From NCBI GenBank assembly GCA_020184695.1, contig JAANOX010000088.1, forward strand, positions 1-64,000: a stretch of 64,000 nucleotides of DNA. Reading direction: 5' to 3'. This document shows positions 54,873 to 64,000 of the stretch, piece by piece (within the stretch, counting starts at the first letter, position 1; every line of letters starts with the position of its first letter). The translations under genes were made by a program, and so were the position numbers. The stretch is from Histomonas meleagridis 2922-C6/04-290x (taxonomy: Eukaryota > Protista > Parabasalia). The notes beneath the pieces were generated by a model. That model searched no databases, was not told the origin of the DNA, and saw only the letters and a program-made list of their open reading frames with translations.

Positions 54873-55940
54873 ATGAGTTCTGCAAAAATAACTGTCAAAG
54901 TCATAGAAGCAACTAATCTAATTAAAATCGAAAAAGTAGGAGACCCTGATCCATTCGTGAAAGTGGGCCTTCGCTCGTCTGACAAAACAAAAAAAACTAA
55001 AGTTATATCAAACACAATTAACCCAATATGGAATGAATCTCTTTCGTTGAAAACTAAAAACACAGAAAATGATAGTTTGCTCGTCAACATAATCAACAAA
55101 AATGTTTTAGTTGATACCCCAATGTGTGATCAAATTGAAATCCCAATCAAAATACTCAACTTCAATGGCGAACCATTTGAATTCGATAGTGACATCACAT
55201 TTAAGAATGTATTTGCAGGTCATATCAAGATGGAAATATTTGCAAAACTAAAAGACAAAGATTGTAAATCAAGTTCTTCTTCTTCTTCTTCTTCATCCTC
55301 TGATTCACATTCAGAAAAGCCTACTAAAAGTACACCAAAAGAAACCCAAGAACTTATTTGTAATTTTTCATTTGGCAGTCTTAGCTCAAGTTATTCTACT
55401 GATTTCACAGGATATACTGAATATTCACATTCCCTTTCTCCAATTCACTCCGAAGAGGAGAAGTTCCACCATCATCATGATGAAATAACCATCAAGCAAA
55501 CCGAATTCAAACCAAAGCCAATCGAAGAAACCTTATTTGTTCAAGTTTGTAGATGCGTTGGTTTGGCTAAAACTGATGCAAATGGAACAGATTCATATGT
55601 TAAAGTATCACTTGTCGGAAAACGAAAGCCAAAGAATGACCAACCTTTGGTTACTGAAGTTGCAATGAATACTGAAGACCCGCAGTTTGACCAAGGAATT
55701 AATTTCCCTAAGGTCAAAAAAGGTGAATCTATTGTAATCGAAGTTTTCCAAAAATCAAAGGTGGCTGACTTCCAAATCGGGTACTTGAAGATTCCTGTCA
55801 AAGAAATTGAGGTTGGAAGCAAAGACGAAAAAGAATACTTATTACAAAAACCTATCAAAATTAGTGAGATCTTCGACAAAATAACTGATTTTGGTAAGAT
55901 CTACCTCATTCTTGATCACCAAAAGAAATTCAAGGAATAA
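54873..55940 (+). CDS. Tandem C2-domain protein with Ser-rich linker
   Basis: C2 #1 VIEATNL..PDPFVKV..TKVISNTINPIWNE; C2 #2 GTDSYVKV..TEVAMNTEDPQFDQ. Inr TCACT at 54864 precedes the ATG at 54873. Confidence 0.88.
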   Translation: MSSAKITVKVIEATNLIKIEKVGDPDPFVKVGLRSSDKTKKTKVISNTINPIWNESLSLKTKNTENDSLLVNIINKNVLVDTPMCDQIEIPIKILNFNGEPFEFDSDITFKNVFAGHIKMEIFAKLKDKDCKSSSSSSSSSSSDSHSEKPTKSTPKETQELICNFSFGSLSSSYSTDFTGYTEYSHSLSPIHSEEEKFHHHHDEITIKQTEFKPKPIEETLFVQVCRCVGLAKTDANGTDSYVKVSLVGKRKPKNDQPLVTEVAMNTEDPQFDQGINFPKVKKGESIVIEVFQKSKVADFQIGYLKIPVKEIEVGSKDEKEYLLQKPIKISEIFDKITDFGKIYLILDHQKKFKE

Positions 55941-56043
55941 ACCTTCAATGGAAAAATTTTGATTTTTTACCAAAAATATCTTGAAATTTATTGATATTAA
56001 AAAAGTATAAAATTTAAATCCTTGTGAAGTTTATCAACAGCTT

Positions 56044-56346
56044 TTAGTGTCTAGTCCTGTTTCTTATACCTTTTCTGGGACCTTTTTGGACAGGTGTGGA
56101 TTTGGCATCTTCAATATTTGCTTTCATAGCTTCTGAGTCATCTTTCCAGTTAGGTGGGTTTATGTTTAGCCATGGCCAATTTGGGCCGAAAAGTATCATA
56201 ACAAAAACTGTTACTCCAGCTTCAAAATATAATGCATATCGAAAATTATCTTGGTAAACTGCAAATATTATAGAAATTGGAATTGAGATTGCAAATATGA
56301 TGATAGAATAAACTAAAACTCTCTTTTGTCCCTGGAAATCCACCAT
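56044..56346 (-). CDS. SPCS1: Signal peptidase complex subunit SPC12/SPCS1
   Basis: MVDFQGQK, two TM helices and PNWPWLNINPPNW match the SPC12 pattern (DFxGQ...PxWP..N.P.W). Confidence 0.85.
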   Translation of the reverse strand: MVDFQGQKRVLVYSIIIFAISIPISIIFAVYQDNFRYALYFEAGVTVFVMILFGPNWPWLNINPPNWKDDSEAMKANIEDAKSTPVQKGPRKGIRNRTRH

Positions 56347-56696
56347 TTTTAATTTGACCAAATAGCAAACCGCTTTTAACGGTCATCGATCCACTAGCTT
56401 CAAGGCTGAAGCAACAAGTTTGAAGCTTATTATAAATATCTAAGGATTCCTTCCAAAATGGAAAAAGGAGGTGATGATTTTATGAACCAACAAATTTTAA
56501 AATTTTGAAATAAATCAATCTGCAAAAAATATCTTGATCAATCAATAATCTTTCCTGGCGGAAATATCTATCACAACAAATCAATATAAAATGATTTGTT
56601 TGTTTCTTATTGCTGTAACTTAAAGTTCCGATGAGAGAAAGGAAATAGGGGCACCCCTATTCACAAAAAATTTAATTCAAATATCTGTTTAAACAG

Positions 56697-59222
56697 ATGC
56701 CATTTTCTCCAAATATTTTTATTCACCCTGATGTGGAATATTCTTCAATCCTCATTTCCCAACTTGGAGAAACTGTACCAAAAGAAATCAGCATATCAAT
56801 TACCGAAAATTCACAATGCGAATTAATAAAATTTCAACCCAAAATCCAAAATCTCTCGGAAGGTGAAAAAGTACAGAAAGATTTAACCGAAATGCCATAC
56901 ATAATTTTATATATTTTTTCTTCTTCATCAAAAAATGAATTCAGAAATTTTGTTCGTCCTGCATACAAAAAACTATGTGAAATCCACTCAGATTCATGTT
57001 GTTGTATAATTCCAGTATTTGTTAATGATCCCAAAAAAATTAAAGGAAAAACATTTTTTTCTCAAACACCATTTATACAATATCTACAATCAGGGCTTGA
57101 AAACCTTCAAGTTATTAATTTAAAAATTACAGGAAAATTTCAAAGTTCACAAATTAAAAAAATTTGGCAAAATGCGATAATTCCATCAATCACTCAGAGC
57201 TTCCAACAAAAAGTTCAACAGTTTGAAGCATCTGAAGGGCCGTCTATAAAATCCATACAGAATCATTTTAAACTTTATCTGTTACTAGAAAGTAATTCAT
57301 TTTCAGATGAGAAAAAAAGAAAAATATTGGAAACTATCGAATGGCTTATCGAAGATAACCAACATCTTTTTGAAAAATACATTGAGAAAAACTCTCTTTT
57401 AGAATCGTTTGATTTTTATCGAGAATCAATAACACTTCAAAACAAAGTTTTAACAGACGAAAATCCAACAATGTATGACTTAAGGTTTATTGTTTTTAAG
57501 CAAAAAGTTCAAGGCTTTATGATTTCTAATGAAATGCATAATGCAATTGAGTGTGGCTTCAATTTTGTAAAAAACAGTTACTACAACTTAAAACGTGAAA
57601 AACAAATATCTGATACTGAACTTAAGGTTTGGCTTTGTCAATCATTGTATTATCTCATAACACAATGTAACAAAGAAAAAAAACTTGCAAAGAAGCTTGG
57701 ACTACAAACTCGATTTTCTATGATGGAGTGGTACCTTGAAGTTTTACCAGAGGTCTTTGCCCTTGAAGAAAAGCCAAAAGAATATTTGGATGACAGTTTT
57801 TTGGTTCAATTTTACACAAAAGTGGTCAATTCAAAGGAGAACTTCCTCGGTGAAATGAAAACCGTTTGCCTTGAACTGATTCAAGCTTATCTTGGGTCAG
57901 GTTATCAAAGGTGCGCTGCGGTAACAATTAAAAAATATTCTTACTTGTTGGAAAATGGACAAGAATATTTAGCAATATCACTTATCTCACTTATCAAATT
58001 GAATTTCCCGATAACTCAAGAGATCACAGAGGAAATGTTGACTAAAATTCCATTTGATGATCGAGTTAAAATTTGTTGTCAAATACTTTCATCGCCAAAT
58101 CTAAAAGTATCACATAAAAATGCGGCAAATCAGATTTCAAAAATATTTACAGACTCAAAATTTACTTCAAAACATGTTACATCACTACCTTGTATAGCAC
58201 ATAATGAAGATAACGCGCAAGGCTATGAAGTTAACAAAATTGTTAATATTAAATTAAAATTGAAATGTCTTTTCGATTCACAAATTGAAGTTCCTTATAT
58301 CGAAATCGGATTTATTCATATGGGCGATGCTAATGATATTGTTTTCTTCAACACAACCAATGTGAAAATATCGGATGGCTCATTACTATGCGTAAAAGGT
58401 TCGTTTCAAAAACAAGGACTATACTCTCCTTACTGTGCTAAGATTGGCACTGAAGCGTCTCATATTTATTACACTTTCCCAACATTAAACCCAACCATTA
58501 AAGTTAGAACAAAACCAAACGTTAATGCACTTCATTCTGCATTATACTGCCATCTAGTTCTCCCAAGTGTGCTTCTTCCAGCACAATGGCAAACGGCGTC
58601 GCTCAGCATTGGTGTTGTGAAGCATTTGAGTTCGCTTCAACTCTTCATTTCGGGTGTCACTTTTAAAACCGCTAAATTAGAAGACGTTAACGGAACCGTT
58701 TATTTGCCTGATGATGAATTTGTTTTTAGTGAATTAAAGCCAGGTACATATCTGATGGATCTTCCAATTATGGCATATGATTCAGGAACAATTGATGTAT
58801 CTCTTCAGTCTGGCAAAGATAATATAAAGTATACCAAAAGATATTATGTATCAGATTTCTTAAAAATGTCTGTCAAATACAGAAAGCGAACAAAAGTTGC
58901 AACACTTTCTGCTGTTGGTAATTCAAACTTAGATATTAACATTACGAATGTTATATTTTACAAAGGTGATGATCAAATTTCAGATTGTAACATTATTGGA
59001 ATTCCATGCAAAGTATCCCGGAACACAACGTCTGCAATCTTTGTACTTGGCAGTGAACCTGAGTATGCGCACGTATGGATTGAACAGGACAAATTAAAGC
59101 CATTTCTTGTGAAAGTAAATGTGGAATTAATGGAGAAAGAAGATCTGAAGAACAAAAATATGATTCCGCAAACGCCTTTTACAGTGGTTGTACCTGATGA
59201 TATTTCTAGCAGATTGTATTAA
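56697..59222 (+). CDS. TRAPP II subunit TRAPPC10/Trs130-like protein (tentative)
   Basis: 841-aa ORF; MPYIILYIF...EFRNFVRP and MYDLRFIVFKQ resemble TRAPPC10 N-terminal patterns; Ig-like beta-rich C-terminus. Confidence 0.45.
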   Translation: MPFSPNIFIHPDVEYSSILISQLGETVPKEISISITENSQCELIKFQPKIQNLSEGEKVQKDLTEMPYIILYIFSSSSKNEFRNFVRPAYKKLCEIHSDSCCCIIPVFVNDPKKIKGKTFFSQTPFIQYLQSGLENLQVINLKITGKFQSSQIKKIWQNAIIPSITQSFQQKVQQFEASEGPSIKSIQNHFKLYLLLESNSFSDEKKRKILETIEWLIEDNQHLFEKYIEKNSLLESFDFYRESITLQNKVLTDENPTMYDLRFIVFKQKVQGFMISNEMHNAIECGFNFVKNSYYNLKREKQISDTELKVWLCQSLYYLITQCNKEKKLAKKLGLQTRFSMMEWYLEVLPEVFALEEKPKEYLDDSFLVQFYTKVVNSKENFLGEMKTVCLELIQAYLGSGYQRCAAVTIKKYSYLLENGQEYLAISLISLIKLNFPITQEITEEMLTKIPFDDRVKICCQILSSPNLKVSHKNAANQISKIFTDSKFTSKHVTSLPCIAHNEDNAQGYEVNKIVNIKLKLKCLFDSQIEVPYIEIGFIHMGDANDIVFFNTTNVKISDGSLLCVKGSFQKQGLYSPYCAKIGTEASHIYYTFPTLNPTIKVRTKPNVNALHSALYCHLVLPSVLLPAQWQTASLSIGVVKHLSSLQLFISGVTFKTAKLEDVNGTVYLPDDEFVFSELKPGTYLMDLPIMAYDSGTIDVSLQSGKDNIKYTKRYYVSDFLKMSVKYRKRTKVATLSAVGNSNLDINITNVIFYKGDDQISDCNIIGIPCKVSRNTTSAIFVLGSEPEYAHVWIEQDKLKPFLVKVNVELMEKEDLKNKNMIPQTPFTVVVPDDISSRLY

Positions 59223-59360
59223 ATTGAATTTCGGAATTTATTTTTACTTTTAAATGAGTGTGAAACATCAAATCTTTAGCATGAATTTGTGTTAATATGC
59301 ATTAAAGTTTACATAAATTTAACATGTTATGTGAATATAAATGTTTTTTTTTAATTATAA

Positions 59361-59852
59361 ATGCAAAATTTCAGATATTACCAATTGGGAATAGTTGCAT
59401 TTGATAAGAATATTAATATTCATTTTTTAGAAAACACATGTAAATATGCAATTACAGGCGGAAATGAAGAAATCATTCATTTATGTGAACAAAATCACTC
59501 AACATTTAAAGATGCATATAAAACAGAAATTGAATTTCATCATAACAATATCTTTAAATATCTTTATGAAAATATCATTAAGTAATATTTGGAAATTATT
59601 TAAATTATTTTGAACAGCATTAATGTATGCATCTTCAAGTGGCCACAGCATAGAAATAGTTAAATTACTTTTTGAACATAAAAGAATTAACATAAATGAT
59701 AAAGACATTTAATCTTTTTTATATTATTTTTATTATGATAATTTTCAATTTCAAAATAATATTTGAAAATTATTCAAAAAGCACTTATGAAAGCATCTTC
59801 AAAAGGTTATACAAAAATAGTTGAATTACTAAATGAAAAAGGAGCTATTTAA
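59361..59852 (+). pseudogene. DUF3447/ankyrin pseudogene carrying the same intervening segments as the 32 kb locus
   Basis: CKYAITGGNEEIIHLCEQN...FHHNNIFKYL, then TALMYASSSGHSIEIVKLLFEHKRININDKD, an insert at 59707-59777, then KALMKASSKGYTKIVELLNEKGAI*. Confidence 0.8.
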
Positions 59853-60828
59853 AATTTTTAATATTAATTGGTTCCATGATTCTCCTCCTCCAATTTATAA
59901 TTTATTAGATCAAGGAATGAATTTATATCTCATTTTGTGCTTTTGATCCACTTTATTCTCAAAGGTTCATTTTTTTTTAGTAAACAATTCATTGTTTCTA
60001 AAACATGCTAATGTTTCAAAACGATTTGCTAGATGTAATTCTGATTCTTTAAATTTTGATTTTGTCTTTGCTGCTAGTTCCATACAATAAAATATATTTA
60101 CACATCTTGTTAACATTGCTTATGATTCTAATCTTCTTCTTGCTGGATATTTCTAGAAAGCGAAGCCCTTATCAGCTTTGGAAGAAGAACATATATATTT
60201 CAGAGATTCTTGTTCAACCAGTCGTTATACATTACAGATTTTGATTAATACCAAGAAGTATGTCGACTATTTCAGGAATGAAAATATATTACATTATTCT
60301 GATTTCTTATTAAATATTTTTTTTTTCATTTTTGAAGTAGTAACATTACGAAAATAAATTATTTCTCATACAAAACAATTAAAATAAATTATTTTGAGAA
60401 ATTATTAAATTTTTACCTAGAGGATAAACATCCAAAAAGTGGGAAACATATGTAAAAGATTTCCATTCTTTATACATTTCAAAAACACCTAAGGTCTAGA
60501 ACAACGTGCATTGAAAATATACTATCATTTACAAAACATTGGGTAAAATTGAAACAGTTTTTACATTGATTCCAAGAACTAACTCAAAGAATGAATGTTA
60601 TGTGACCATAATTAATAAATCCAAAGAAAATGAGGTTGGATCATTATCAACTAATTTGTGGTTTTGGCTTTTTGCTTATTATGTCATCTATATGTATAAG
60701 AAGGATGTTTCTGCAATGTAATGTTGAAAGGGCAACGGATATGATTCCATTATCCCCATTGGTATAATATAATAAATAATGGTAATATAAATGATGCGAA
60801 TTGAAAGTTCAGACATTTTTTGAAGTTC

Positions 60829-61002
60829 AACACAGCAGGAACATATGGCATAGCCAACGGCGCTTCTTCAATCAATTTCTGCTACAAATGTTCGCCAGGA
60901 ACTGTATCAGATAAACATTCAACAGTTTGCGTTAAGTGCGGCAGCGGATATCATCCAAAAGCAGACCAAACAGGTTGCGAAAAAGACTTGGGCTCTTACT
61001 AA
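60829..61002 (+). pseudogene. Cys-rich (TNFR/GCC2-like) surface-protein fragment
   Basis: AGTYGIANGASSINFCYKCSPGTVSDKHSTVCVKCGSGYHPKADQTGCEK shows C-x2-C-x-PG-x spacing; isolated, with no start or TM. Confidence 0.55.
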
Positions 61003-61909
61003 TTAACCTAAAGGGATTAATAAAAAGTGAAGAATTCGAAATGAAATGTTTTGAATGATTCCATATGTAAACAGATCCATTAAACCAAATTTGCAAACTT
61101 AGAAACAGCAGGAAGATGACGTATAGATTTATCTAACAATAAACAACATGAAATTTCGAAATAATTTTGCTAATCTTTCTTCTCGAAGGTAAATGATGAA
61201 ACGGTTTTGAGTTTTTGAATGTGAATCCGATGATTTTTCTTTGATTTGTTCCTATCGTTGGTAAAAATTTCACTTTCTTTAAAAAACATTTTGTATTGTC
61301 ACATGTTTTTAAATTAAAGATGAAACGAAAATGAAAATTTCTTTCAAACCTATAGGTTCAATGCATAGGTCAGAATTTTAATATCCTTTTCATAACTGAG
61401 AAATAACTTTCGTAAATAAATTGAAATTGTTCAAATAAGAAACTAAAAGAAATAGCAGAAGAATCAGAATTTCATATAGCAAATCGTTTTGAAATGAACA
61501 CTTCATTTAATAAGAATCATTTTATTAAATACTTATGATGAAAAATTCATTAAGTTCAAAAAAGATACTTAAATTTGACGGATATAAAAAGTTGTTAATA
61601 ATACAACAAAATGTCCTTTTCTTGTTTACATTGAAAATACTAATTTTATCATAAAATTTTAAAGTAGCTAATTATGATGTAAGTGAATTTAAAACTTCGC
61701 ATTTGATTATCCAATATTTTTTAGATGCCTTTCTTTAATCTATCGTTTTTATTATAAGGCACAAAACATGAAAATGTATTCCAAATTTTATTTTTACAAT
61801 GCTTATAGCCAAAGTTTTCGAGAAATGTACGCAAACAATCACTAAAAAACAGCCAAAAAAAAAAAAAAAACTTAAAATTCTAAATTTTGTAAATGAATTT
61901 AAGATTGTT

Positions 61910-63130
61910 TTACTCGAGCATTACTTCGATTGTTTCACCTGCACCAGTTAGTATTCCGAGTTGATCTCCGCGGTTTGCAGAGTCCGCTATTTTAACTTCT
62001 TTATCAGGTTTAATGAATCCATATATCATTTCCTTACCCCTAAGTATTGACATTACATCTTTGTTATATGTGCTCTTAATTCTCTCTATGAATCCACCGA
62101 TTGTTTCATCTTCAATAAATTTAATTCGATCGATACGACGTGAGCAAACGGGGCACCCCTTATCGCGGTTAGCTTTGAATGTGTTTTGGAAGACTTTTTC
62201 GTTTCCAGAAAATGTGATGTTGTTATCAAGAGGTGGTGCAGAGAGTGTAAGAATCTTAAGAACTTCGGTGGCACAGGTTGATGCAACAATCGCTTGTGTT
62301 GATGCAATAGCTGGAACAATGTTTTTAACAATGCCTTTGGCTATGCGGAAATCAAGAGGCCCTTGGACATTGAACTTCTTAGCATGCTCAATTGACTTTT
62401 CCAGAATCCATTGAACATGTTCATCATTATCACCATCAAGAACTTCGTCACCACGTTCAGCAGGCCATGCAATTTCCTTGGCCCATGCGACGCAATGATG
62501 CGGTTGACGTGGGTTAGAGGCAATTGTGCATGATTGAAATACTGTGGGTTTGATAAACATTGCCTCTTGACACTTGAGACAAGCACTTTCATTTGGAAAT
62601 ATAACTTTAACATGGCCTGACCATGCTTCAGATCCACCATCAACATATGGAATCACAAGTTCGTTGTTAGTATCACGGGCAATTTGAACAAGCTTTTCGT
62701 TCATCCACATACGAGCTTTTAATGAATCAAGGCCGCCAATAACAATATTAAATTTCTTATAGAAACTATCTGGGAATTTTTCGCTATCAGTAATATCACC
62801 AAAGTGACCAATGACGTTGGCACCAGGAATTCTCTTGTTAACAAATTCAGCAGCAACAATAGCTTTTGGCCTGCCAACATCTTTAGCACGGAAAAGAAAT
62901 TGACGATTAAGATTTGAAATATCGATTGTATCAATATCAATTACTTCAATATGCTTAAAACCATCTAATGCTAGTGATTTAAGTAATTCACATCCAAGAC
63001 CACCTGCACCAATAACAAGAATTTTGCAATTGTCAAAGTACTCTCTACCAGCTTCGCCAGGCTCAAAGTAGCTTTCACAGAATGGGCCTTGATCTTCCAC
63101 TAAAGTACGGATAATTTTAGGTGTCTCCAT
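61910..63130 (-). CDS. UBA3: NEDD8-activating enzyme E1 catalytic subunit
   Basis: VIGAGGLGCELLK, DTIDISNLNRQFLF, catalytic CTIASNPRQPHHC and IVPAIASTQA motifs. True start METPK at 63130; the ORF-track extension overlaps the RRM gene. Confidence 0.93.
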   Translation of the reverse strand: METPKIIRTLVEDQGPFCESYFEPGEAGREYFDNCKILVIGAGGLGCELLKSLALDGFKHIEVIDIDTIDISNLNRQFLFRAKDVGRPKAIVAAEFVNKRIPGANVIGHFGDITDSEKFPDSFYKKFNIVIGGLDSLKARMWMNEKLVQIARDTNNELVIPYVDGGSEAWSGHVKVIFPNESACLKCQEAMFIKPTVFQSCTIASNPRQPHHCVAWAKEIAWPAERGDEVLDGDNDEHVQWILEKSIEHAKKFNVQGPLDFRIAKGIVKNIVPAIASTQAIVASTCATEVLKILTLSAPPLDNNITFSGNEKVFQNTFKANRDKGCPVCSRRIDRIKFIEDETIGGFIERIKSTYNKDVMSILRGKEMIYGFIKPDKEVKIADSANRGDQLGILTGAGETIEVMLE

Positions 63131-63263
63131 CCAGTTGACACTTTTTTGGCAATTTTTTTTGAATGTGCCACTTTTTTGAGTGAAACAAATGAATGCCAAT
63201 TGGCAGAAATTAGAAAGAAGTACATTTGGTTTAAAAAACGAAATAAAAATTGTAAACAACTTT

Positions 63264-64000
63264 TTATCTATGTCCGAGAAAATCCAAGAACTTAAATTTA
63301 TCATCCATACTATTATTTGGTGGTGGTTGATTAATTGTTTGTTGCTGTGATGGTGGTGGGTACACCCCTTGGCCTTGCTGATTGGGCGCCCCATAAAACT
63401 GTTGAGGTGCCCCATAGGGGTTATTAGGGGCCATCCCATATTGCGGCGGTTGCTGTGGAATTGGATACTGCATTTGTTGCTGTGTGGGAGGAGGATACGG
63501 ATATGGATAATTTGGTGGAGGACGTTGTTGATATTGCTGTTGCAATGCAATAGCATCCATATCTTCATCATCTAACTTGAAAACAATGTTGACATTCTCA
63601 CCATTAAAGTTCATTAAATCTTTTCCATTCATAGCTTTTTGTGCATCTCTTATATCACAAAATTTAATGTAAAAGAGAGTAGGTTCAATAACATTTGTGG
63701 CATAAATTTCACCGAATTTGGACATTTCCATCTGTATCTTTTGAAGTGTGAGTTTACTACCAACAGCTGTTCGAACTAAAAGAGCAGAACATGTCTGTCT
63801 AGGGTTGCTTTTTGGATTTGATGATTTTTTACCAAAATTTGTTTTGACAGGTCGTCCCATAAGTAATTGATTATCAGCTTCTTCAACAGCTTTCTTTGCA
63901 CTTTTGATGTTATAATACGTAACAAAAGCAATACCTTTTTTATCAATGAGGGAATAAATATTTGCGATTTCACCATACTTTTGGGCAAATTCTTTAAATG
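63264..64000 (-). CDS. Tandem RRM protein (Mei2-like RRM1/2 pattern) with Pro/Gln/Tyr-rich tail; 5' end outside the window
   Basis: The frame stays open to the window end: FAQKYGEIANIYSLIDKKGIAFVTYYNIKSAKKA (RRM1), then KFGEIYATNVIEPTLFYIKFCDIRDAQKA (RRM2). The ORF track started at an internal Met (63860). Confidence 0.85.
   Translation of the reverse strand, partial: FKEFAQKYGEIANIYSLIDKKGIAFVTYYNIKSAKKAVEEADNQLLMGRPVKTNFGKKSSNPKSNPRQTCSALLVRTAVGSKLTLQKIQMEMSKFGEIYATNVIEPTLFYIKFCDIRDAQKAMNGKDLMNFNGENVNIVFKLDDEDMDAIALQQQYQQRPPPNYPYPYPPPTQQQMQYPIPQQPPQYGMAPNNPYGAPQQFYGAPNQQGQGVYPPPSQQQTINQPPPNNSMDDKFKFLDFLGHR

Noticed and set aside
63131-63571. 147-aa N-terminal extension of UBA3 overlapping the RRM gene
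   Set aside because: It is an alternative frame of the low-complexity RRM tail; UBA3 homology starts at METPK (63130).

Overview
AT-rich eukaryotic genomic window, most consistent with a parabasalid (Trichomonas/Tritrichomonas-like). This is inferred from the EF-1alpha sequence, Inr (TCAYT) and M5 (CCTTT) core promoter motifs, stop-codon-overlapping TAAA poly(A) signals, mostly intronless ORFs, and BspA and ankyrin families. It contains about 24 apparently intact genes: RPS6, TFB5, EF-1alpha, BEACH, EF-hand, C2, SH3, GRAM, HIRA-like, PP1, PIG-M, SPCS1, TRAPPC10-like, UBA3, an RRM protein, two intact BspA LRR surface proteins and several hypotheticals. It also holds one tRNA-Met(CAT) and many decayed surface-protein and ankyrin remnants. 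Main discoveries: (1) a ~4.5 kb RLE-type non-LTR retrotransposon inserted precisely at the 3' end of the tRNA-Met gene, with a 15-16 bp target-site duplication of the tRNA 3' end, a replacement Pol III T-tract at its 5' end and the original T-tract displaced downstream; (2) ankyrin-repeat arrays at two loci in which the repeats are interrupted at the same position by a related ~80-nt non-coding segment lacking GT-AG boundaries; (3) a CpG spike in the last ~230 nt of several AT-rich genes. All coordinates and counts were made by hand from the sequence; family assignments are from motif recognition, not database searches.
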